A stretch of 64,000 nt of DNA from Eledone cirrhosa (lineage: Eukaryota): assembly GCA_964016885.1 (NCBI GenBank), contig OZ024742.1:38130001-38194000 (forward strand), given 5' to 3'. This document shows, in pieces, positions 52,235 to 61,327 of this stretch. The translations under genes were made by a program, and so were the position numbers. Under the pieces are notes generated by a model. It saw only the letters and a program-made list of their open reading frames with translations. It did not search any database and was not told the DNA's origin. Each line of letters begins with the position of its first letter. Positions within the stretch are counted from its first letter, which is position 1.

Positions 52235-52984
52235 AATTTCAATTTTGTAATACAAAATATATTTTTAAAACAAGATATATCCAGATATGGAAGTCTTTGC
52301 ACATAGCAGAGTTAAACATCACAATATTTTACATCCATTCAAGCAAAAGTTGTAGAAACAGGCTGACATGAGCTTGAAGTTGTTTTTAGTCATAAAAACT
52401 TTATATGTTATCATCTTCTGTGAAATATCTTTATTTCAATATCATCAGATAACCTGAAATAAAAAGACAATATAAAACATAAGGAATAACAAAGTGTTAA
52501 CATGAAGATTATTGGAGAGAATATATTTGACCAGAAGTATTGGAAGTTAAAATAGCAAGAAGATATTTACAGAGAAAAGAAACTCGTATATAGATATATA
52601 GTGGAAATAGATGATGAAGGCTGCGGATGTAGATCGTGAAATGAAGACATGCAGATATAACCACTGATCGCTATAGATTGGTCTATAGAATATATTCACA
52701 AAGACAAGAGACCCTGGCATAGAGATGAAGAGGATTGTTGTGATGAGAAAAGTTAATAAAAACCAAAATTTTTATAGGCAAACACATTCAACTTCAGTAT
52801 TTGAATCCCAAATGTAAACATTTGCTCCTCTTTGGTAGGTAACATCCTCTTCCAATATGGATTAACTATAACAGGGAGGTGGATGAAAGTTTACTACAGT
52901 TGAAGGGGCCGAGTTTGTCAGTTCCAGAGCAGGGTAAATTGACTTTTGAGATTTGGAAACAATTTACATTCAAAATACTTTTTC

Positions 52985-53240
52985 AACTATACATTTTTTA
53001 GCCTGTGGCATTTGAGATGTTTGCAGTAGCTGGGCCACTGATAACAGTTTTCATTATTATTGTCAACTCTCCTTGCTAAAGTATCAGGTGTTGCACATGT
53101 GGATGTTTAGCTGTTCCACCACCTTCGCCTTGCTATCATCCTGTCTAACTGAAATATCAGGTGACAGTCCTAGTGAGGATGCTTGGCTATTCTGGCACCT
53201 TAGCCTCACAATCACCTGCAATAGTGCTGAGTGTTTTAAC
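52985..53240 (+). mobile_element. Third CRE-like 3' remnant
   Basis: YIF*PVAFE ... LTEISGDSPSEDAWLFWHLSLTITCNSA. Confidence 0.6.
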
Positions 53241-53324
53241 TTGCCTCCAAATTTTTTTGTAATTAAATATAAATATATATCTTTTCCATTTTCCTCATCT
53301 GAATAATTTTTACTGATTTGTCCC

Positions 53325-53650
53325 TTTTGTAAATCGTAAATCATACTCATTATGTAAATAGGGTTTTTTGAATTATAATAAAGATTGTAAATCATATTTA
53401 TTATATAAATTGTATTTAATGAAATATAATAAAGAATGTCAATGATATTTATTATATAAATTATGTCTAGATAAAATATAAGACATCGTAAATCATATAT
53501 TCATGATATAAATTGTATTTATATCAAAATATAAAACAGATTTGTAAATGTAGTAGACGTTGTAAATCATATCTATTATATAAATTGTGTTTATTGAAAT
53601 ATAATATAGATTGTAAATCATATTTATTTAAATTGTGTAAATATAAAATG
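53325..53650. repeat. AT-rich minisatellite of about 50 bp
   Basis: Repeated GTAAATCATATTTATTATATAAATTGT. Confidence 0.75.
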
Positions 53651-53679
53651 TCCTCACAGTAATAACATATAATCTAGCA

Positions 53680-55190
53680 AGGAAGCACTATAGAACAGAG
53701 GACGAGAAGAAAATTATCAAAACTTCAAAGCAGCACAATAGAAGGGAAATGGAAATCTACCACTCGAGAGAAGAAATCAAAGCTCTCAATAAGCAGTACA
53801 AAATAGCCCCTGACAATGAAAGAACAGGCATCAAGGATCTAATGGGTCAACTCTGAGAATGTCTCTATAGACTCTGGAGGGCAGAAAGATCTCAGAAGCA
53901 GAGGAGAGGGAAGCTGACCGGCCCCAGAGAAGACATGGAGGAGTACTTGAGAGAGACTCACACTGACACACTCAGGGACAAAGCTCTGGACATCAACCAA
54001 CTCATTAGTGGAGCTGAAATACCCAACAAGCAAGCTCAACACCACTGAATTATCCTGGAGGGATGTCAAAGATGTGGTAAAAAGAGCCAGAATGGGATCT
54101 GCTCCTGGCCCAAGCGATATAAATTACACAGTATATAAGAAATGCCCATTGCTCCTTCGGTTGATCTGGAGAAAGGGAACTATTTCATCATGTTGGAAGA
54201 GGGCAGCAGGCTGCTTTGTGCCAAAGGAAGAAAACTCTTCAGTCAACAGCCTATTAGAACAATCTCACTCCTAAGAGTAGAAAGCAAGATCCTCTCAGTA
54301 CTGGTCAGAAGAATGACCTCATATATGACTGAGAATGGGTACATCGGCACCTCTATCCAGAAGGGTGGAATCCCAGGCTTTTCTGGATGTCTGGAACACA
54401 CAGAAGTCCTCAGCCAGATGATCCATGAGGCTAAGAAAAGCAAGGCTGATCTGACAGTGGTCTGGTTGGATTTAGCCAATGCGTACAGTTCAATCTCTCA
54501 TTCATAAAAAAGAAAGCACTAGATCATTCCCATATCCCTCACCACATCAAGGGAATGATCATTAGCTATTTAGGAGGCTTCCAGCTGCAGTTCAAAACAG
54601 CCCATTTTACAACTCAGTGGCAGATGGAAAAAGGAATTGTAATTGGCTGCACAATCTCTCCCATTCTCTTCATGATGAACCAAGTATGTTATTGGGAGTC
54701 CAACAATACCCAATAAGAGGTTTTATGGATGATCTCACTGTGACAACCACAACCCAAAAGGAGGCGAGAATGGTGTTAGCAGTGCTCGAACATGTGGTGA
54801 TATGAACAAGGATGAAGTTCAGGCCAAGGAAATCCAGAAGTATGGGGATCAGAAAAGTTAGAGTGATAGAGAAGTGCAGATTGCAAGTGCACCGATTCAG
54901 TATGGAGAATATTCACTGCCATTAGAATGAAAGGAAGAGAGAGAAGGCTGCAGTTCGCAGGATGGGAGAGGCAACAGAAAGGGTTTCCTATTGGTTTTCA
55001 AGGAGAGAAGAGATAAGCTGGAAGCCAGATGTAGATGGGCAGTAATTTGACCACCACTGCTAACACACCAGCGAGAAAGTGTTAGGGTTGGGGGGTCGAA
55101 ACACCCAATGAACGTTGGACACCGTCTGATGACACCAACACTTGGCCAAGGCTATGTTCACCGAAGGTGAATGTGAGGCATCCTTTTGAA
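53680..55190 (+). mobile_element. Hero-like (R2-superfamily) non-LTR element, decayed, with an internal deletion
   Basis: SAPGPS, QKGGIPGFSGCLEH, WLDLANAY and FMDD motifs; C-terminal GEATERVSYW...RREEISWK at about 54950-55030; 3' UTR with GAAACAC...CTGATGA. Confidence 0.8.
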
Positions 55191-55297
55191 GATGTAATAA
55201 TGTTTTCATGTTGAAAATGTTTTAATTCTAATAAATATGTTTTCATGTTGAAAATGCTTTAATTCTAATAAATAACCAGAGAATATATTGCCATTTT

Positions 55298-55690
55298 TTA
55301 GCCGTGCTTTCGTACAACATTTCTTATTTCTCCTTACATTTCAGTCAGTTTAGTTTTGTAATATACAATATGTCAAAGAAACATATATGTACATGAAACG
55401 TTCATATTTAAGATAAACATTGATATATTCATACTTACAAAACAACGTACTGTGAACATAAATTATTTTGACACCACTTCAAATAGTCAAACATGATGTA
55501 GTCATCGAGAACGATGAAATTTTCACCTCAATAACTTAAAGCTCTCTAATTTCGTTCTAATAAAACCACAAAGATACAAACATTAATAACTATAAGCTGT
55601 GTATATATTTTTAATCCTCATCTCTTACGTGTGGTAGACAACAACAAATGGCGGATTGAATTATCAAAGGGAAATTACTCTCTTTCTATC
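55298..55690 (-). promoter_or_regulatory. Putative non-coding first exon of ZNF-3 (donor GTAAGT at 55438-55433)
   Basis: Paralogous to 47258-47660. Confidence 0.6.
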
Positions 55691-55699
55691 TTGACACCA

Positions 55700-57280
55700 G
55701 TGGTAAGAAATTCTCAGGAGAGCTGGACAGCAGAAGGTCTTCAGAAAAAAACCCTCTCTAAAGCAAGTGTTTCGGCCCTCAACTTCTTACACTCAAAATG
55801 GAGCGGGCCGCATCCAGATCATGATTCTTGGGTGCCCTTCTGCTGACATTTAGCCCTTTGGATACCGGAGACTTGCTTGTGTATTCAAGCCGTATGGAGA
55901 TTTTGTTGGCAGAATTTTGCTTGTACTCCTCTCGGTTGCCTCTGCTTTCGAGTGTATATTCAAACGCTTTCTTTAATTCGGAAAAATAACGTTGGTAGTC
56001 ATGGTAACTGAAACGGCAACCGCGGACCGCCGCCGCTATCACTACAACCACGATGCACTCGAAGTTACTTCCCTTAGCATCCACTAAAATACAAATACGG
56101 TGCCCTAAAACGATATGAGGGCTGTTTTTGTTCCTCCTCAACTAAATCCATCTGGAACTCCTTTCTACTGTCTCTGATATTGATTTTAGGGCTTTAGTCC
56201 TGGTCTTACAAGAGACTGAAAATTGTTTCATGAGATGTAGCCAGATTTGCCCACAAAGATTCTGGCTCAAACCTCTATCGTGAGAACTTTGACTCGGAAG
56301 TCGGCTTCCCTCAGGCCGTTGGCCAAACTGGCGTACTTTTCGGTCTGGAACACGTGTTCTTCTATTCGACTTTCAAAACGGCACGGTGGGTTCAGTCACA
56401 ATTAGTTGTTTTGATGAACTGACATGGAGTACAACATCTAGCCTCAAGACACTCTTCTGATAATTTCTGGTTATTTTGCTGAACCTGAGAGGTCTGCTGT
56501 ACACCCATAGTCGTCCGCGCCCCTCAGAAGACTCGATTCCTATTCACTGTATGGCATAGCTATTCCTGTCTCCTGCTGTATAGAATGTTGTTTGAGATTC
56601 TTGTTCTATGGGATTTACTTTTGCCGTATTTATCACATTACGATCTCCTTAAACACTTGATTGTATTTTCCTTCGGCTACTAGGCATACAGAGTGTTTCG
56701 CGGTTTGTTTACCATGGTAGAATAGACACTCGGGGTTATCTGATTTTCCCCACACCACTAGATTCATATTCAAGGGCAGGAGACCATAGACAGGTGTGAG
56801 GAGAAAAAGAGATGCCATGTCATTCCAACTGAGACACTTCTGGAATGCACTTTCCCATGTCATCCACTGGCCGTTGTAGTGCTTTCTGGAGTCCTCTTTC
56901 TTCATCACCTGTAAAATCAGATCTCTCCTCATCTTCCCCCTGGCCTCTGACAACCGTCCCATTTTTGTTATGCCCAGTCCCTACCTACTGACCTGAGTGT
57001 GTCCCATTATTTCTCTGATTGTAAGATTTTTCTTTGCTGCCTCTACCGCCTCCTGATGACCTTTCCATTTTATGCTTGTCTTCAACTTGGGCCATATCAC
57101 CCTCATGTCCTTGCCTTCTGAGTTCTCAAGCATGGTCAAGCATCTTGCTTTTCTGACTTTGTATTCCTCAACAATGGATTTGCGAGGTAGCATCAGCTTG
57201 GCCTGGCAACAGTAGAGTACAACATTAGTGAGACCTGGTGGGACACTAAGCCATGTCTTTGTGTATTTGTTGATTTAGTT
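55700..57280 (-). mobile_element. Second Hero-like element, 3' half (Zn knuckle, restriction-like endonuclease, 3' UTR)
   Basis: WLSVPPGL, SIVEEYK, GQWMTWE, LLP..MNL..WG and terminal SSRWI*LRR; 3' UTR motif at 55731-55794. Confidence 0.78.
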
Positions 57281-57419
57281 AAACTATATGTAAAATAACA
57301 ACAAACTAAGATCTGTTGAACTGTTATTTATTAGATGACAAACATTGAAAATCATAAGAAAGAATGAGCTACCCCTGAAGTCCAGGTCTTGTTACTTGCC
57401 TCACCAGAATTCTATTTTC

Positions 57420-58210
57420 TGCTGATCAGTTCAGTAACATGTCTGCCATGGTCACTAAGTATGAGCAACCCTGCGAAGGTGGTAGGGAGCCAAGACAGTC
57501 AATGTTGACATGGTCGAAACGAACTTGAAGAGGTTTGTAGCTGTCAACAGGTGCTTTTGTATGCTGATGAACTTTGGCTTGTTGGCAGGGTATACAGGTT
57601 TTGGACAACTGTCCAATTTGCTTGGCCATACCATGCCAGAAAAATTTGCATGACATAAGGCTCCATCTGGCTCTGGTGCCTGGGTTGGAGAGTCTGTGAA
57701 TGATGTCAAAAACTTTTTGGCGCCAAGCTAATGTAATGTGGTTTCCTGGTGGATACATTGCAAAAGAGGTTTCCGTTGGAACCAAAATTTGTCCTGCAAG
57801 GAAAGGGAAGTGACAGTGGTGCGGTAGGCTCCGACGTCATTATCTGTTGAGCGAACTATTATCAAGGCTATGTAGGTGTCAGAGCCAAAAGGAGCTCTAG
57901 TGTGCATCAGCAACTGGGTCGCTTTTTCCATACATGTGCTCAGTGTCTGTTGTGTACTCAGAAATGGCTGATAACTGTCACTGCCGACATGCAGACCGTG
58001 GCTCCAATAGCTAGTTCACAGTGATCTGTAAACATTGTAAAAGGTCGACATTCCAAAAAGTAGCAAAAGTGTTGGACACCTAAATGAGTGGCTAGCAGTT
58101 CCTTGTCAAAAGCACTATTTCTCTTTGATTGCGTCTTTAACTCTATAATTGTCAACTTCAATGGCTGGTCCTTCTGTTGGGTAGGTTGGAGGTTAATTTC
58201 TCTTCCTCCC
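57420..58210 (-). mobile_element. Degraded Gypsy (CsRn1-like) RNase H and integrase remnant
   Basis: SAFDKELLA...HF...FTDH and HRLSNPG...FFWHGM...CIPCQQAK...RFDHVNID, homologous to the pol at 15-18 kb. Confidence 0.85.
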
Positions 58211-58416
58211 ATTTATTCTCTACATTCATCATCATTTTTGATTCGGCAACACAGGAGTTCAAGACTTATCTTTTGGAATTTTATTTACTGATGACTTGCT
58301 TGAAATAGCAGAGTATGTCAAAAGTGTGGCAGAAAAAGTTCCAAACTTGGAAAAATGGTCGAGAGTGTAGACCTTTTGAATTAAACTATGATTTGATTTT
58401 ACCACACCTATCAAAC

Positions 58417-59583
58417 CTATGGTCTCTCTCCTGTGTGAACACGTATGTGGGAAGACAAATGACCCCTTTTTGAAAATGATTTACCACAAATATCACAAAT
58501 GTATGGGCTCTCTCCTAAGTGAATATGCTTGTGGGAAGACAAATCACCACTTTTAGAAAAGGTTTCATCACAGATATCACAGTGATATACTCTTTCTGTT
58601 ATGTGGCTACTTTTGTGGGAAATTAAATCATCACTTTTAGGAAATGTTTCACTACCAATGTCACATTGGTTTAGTTCTTCTCCTGTGTGGATACGTTTGT
58701 GACAAGTCAGATTACTATTTTGAGAGAAATTTTTACCACAGATATCACAGTGATATGGTTTCTCTCCTGTATGAACTAGTTTATGGCAAGACAAATCACT
58801 ATTTCTAGAAAATGTTTTGCCACAGATATCACATTTAAATGGTCTTTCTCCTGTGTGAATGTGTTTGTGACGAGTTAACGAACCTTTTCTAGTAAACTTT
58901 TCTCCACAAATATCACAGTGATATGGTCTTTCTCCTGTATGAATACGTTTGTGGGTAGACAAATGACTACTCACAGAGAATGTTTTACTGCAGACATCAC
59001 AGCGGTATGGCCTCTCTCCTGTGTGAATACGTATGTGGCAAGACAAATGACCCCTGGTAGAAAATTTTTTATCGCAAATATCACAGTGGAATGGACTTTC
59101 TCCAGTGTGAGTTATTTTGTGGGTAAATAAACTACGATTATCGATGAAAGCCTTACCACAAATATCACACTGATATGGTTTCTCTCCTGTATGAATACGT
59201 TTGTGGGTAGATAAATTACCTTTTTGAGAGAAATTTTTACCACAGATATCACAGTGGTATGGTTTCTCTCCTGTGTGAATACGTTTATGGGAAGATAAAC
59301 TGCCACTTGTAGAAAAGTTTTCATCACAGATATCGCAGTGATGTAGTTTCTTTCCTGAATGAAAACGTTTATGAAGAGACAACAAATTGCTTGATGCAAA
59401 TATTTTACCACAAACCTCACACTGGTATGGCTTGGAGGTCGAGTGAATTAACTTATGTTGAATTAAATTCTTTCCTGTTGTGAATAACTTCTTACAGATA
59501 TCACAAGGGTGTGGTTTCTCCCCTGTATTTTCCTGGGTTTGTGTAGATGAATCGATATGTTCAGGCTGTGGTTTCTCATCCAT
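58417..59583 (-). CDS. C2H2 zinc-finger protein (ZNF-4), 12 intact fingers plus 1 degenerate
   Basis: 388-aa ORF; finger 11 reads CDIG instead of CDIC. Confidence 0.93.
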   Translation of the reverse strand: MDEKPQPEHIDSSTQTQENTGEKPHPCDICKKLFTTGKNLIQHKLIHSTSKPYQCEVCGKIFASSNLLSLHKRFHSGKKLHHCDICDENFSTSGSLSSHKRIHTGEKPYHCDICGKNFSQKGNLSTHKRIHTGEKPYQCDICGKAFIDNRSLFTHKITHTGESPFHCDICDKKFSTRGHLSCHIRIHTGERPYRCDVCSKTFSVSSHLSTHKRIHTGERPYHCDICGEKFTRKGSLTRHKHIHTGERPFKCDICGKTFSRNSDLSCHKLVHTGEKPYHCDICGKNFSQNSNLTCHKRIHTGEELNQCDIGSETFPKSDDLISHKSSHITERVYHCDICDETFSKSGDLSSHKHIHLGESPYICDICGKSFSKRGHLSSHIRVHTGERP

Positions 59584-59778
59584 AACTTTCTCTTTTAATC
59601 TGTATATAAGGTGGTTTTGTCAAAATTTGAACTCGTAATGGATTTCTGAGGATAGACTGTTATAATTAATAACCAGAATCTAAAGGATCATCAAACTAGC
59701 TCCAATTAATAAGATATATCCAGATATGGAAATCTTTACACATAACACAGTTAAAACATCATTATCATGATAAATAAT

Positions 59779-59950
59779 TGCCTTCTTCTTGAGGGGGTCA
59801 TGGAGGCAAAGTCCTCAAACACTCCTTCCAGGGGGTCCTGTCAGAAGCAACCGTCTCCAACTGATCCGGCTGGATCCCCAAGTGAGACCAGCCAAACTCA
59901 TGGATGTTATCCTGGGTTTGTGTAGATGAAACGATATGTTCAGGCTGTGG
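59779..59950 (-). mobile_element. Chimeric insertion: LINE 3' end plus a 41-bp ZNF-4 coding snippet, TSD GATAAAT(A/G)AT
   Basis: Absent from the paralogous UTR near 45970; flanking repeats at 59769-59778 and 59951-59960. Confidence 0.8.
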
Positions 59951-60444
59951 GATAAATGATCCCCATTCTAAATCTCTATGTTTATAGTCAATAAAAGTAT
60001 TGTTGTAAATAATTTCAATTCCAAGGAAACATTTTATATCCATTCAAGTAAGAATTGTAGAAACAGGCTGACATCAGCTTGATGAAGTTGTTTTTGTCTT
60101 AGAAACTTGATATGTTATCATCTTCAGTGAAATATCTTTATCTCAATATCATCAGATAACCTGAAATAAAAAGACAACATAAGACATAAGGGATAATAAA
60201 AATTATTGGAGAAAATATTTGACCAGAAGATATTTACAGAGAAAAGACACTCGTGTATAGATATGTGGTAGAAATGGATGATGAGGGTTGTGGGTGGTGG
60301 AATGAAGACATTCAGAGATAACCACTGATCGTCTACAAAATATATTTACAAAGACAAGACTCTCTGGTATAAAGATGCAATGGAAATGGATGGTGAGAAC
60401 AATGGATGTGGTTCATGGAATGAAGACATTGTTATAGGTAATAA

Positions 60445-60636
60445 CAGACCTGCCAACTCTCCTTGTCCGACGGGGAGATCTCCCACCCATTTTTGGGTGG
60501 GTGAGAGATGTCTTCTCTTGTGAAAATAGCTTTCATTATATAAAATCTCCCCATTTTGCCTCATTTTTCCCCGTTTGGGGGCATTTTTTGTTCATGGTAC
60601 ACCGCGTTTGGTTTTTTTAAAAGGTTGGCAGGTCTG
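60445..60636. mobile_element. hAT-like MITE in the ZNF-4 intron
   Basis: Perfect 13-bp TIR CAGACCTGCCAAC / GTTGGCAGGTCTG; TAATAA repeated on both flanks. Confidence 0.8.
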
Positions 60637-60823
60637 TAATAATTAACATGCATATACAAGTAACATGTTAAAGTTCAGTAAACTAACATTTCCTTTCATT
60701 TGACCCTTCAGAAATACAGCGAACCACTGGTTGTATCGTTGTATTTCTTTTTCACATACCTGGTGTGTATGAAATCTGAATCAAAAAGTAAACAGTGTGG
60801 ATAATGAAAAACTACGGCGTTAT

Positions 60824-61327
60824 GGGGAACACGAAATAAAAACATAGAGCAAAAATAGGTAATACGAATAAAAATAACGAAATAAGGAGTTGAAAGAATG
60901 AGAATAAAATAATATATATTTCTTGAAAACTAGATTAACTATACGGAGTTCGAATGAAGAGATAAAAAAAACAACAACAGATTCTTGTAGGAAACACGGA
61001 TTGTGTAAATGAAATAGGAATGTAAATATAAAAGTTTTTTCTATAAATGTAATATGTAAAATATTTGAATGCTACTTACATAACAATGTAGTTAGCAATA
61101 AGATAAAATAATGAGAGATGTGCTGAAGTAGTGACACTTGAAATTGACGAAGACATTGATAGCTTGAGCAAAACTTTCAACTATTTCTTACAGGACATCT
61201 TTATTTTTTTCTTCTGGTTAATGAAATCTCTTGTTAATTAGTTATTACTAACACAGTAAAAATAAATAATAAAAGATAATAGATTTATAATATTTATAAA
61301 TGCAGTGTGGAGAACATACCGGAAGTA
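60824..61327 (-). promoter_or_regulatory. Putative promoter and first exon of ZNF-4 with ETS motif CCGGAAGT (61319-61326) and donor at 61079-61074
   Basis: Canonical donor and ETS consensus, both conserved in the inverted copy at 32535-33010. Confidence 0.6.

Noticed and set aside
53680-57280. One Hero element split by an inversion
   Set aside because: Each piece has its own ORF C-terminus and 3' UTR motif, so these are two independent insertions.
28637-59420. Repetitive antisense or shifted ORFs (IYHRYH..., VVKH..., FTTDITV...)
   Set aside because: They are shadows of the C2H2 codon repeats.
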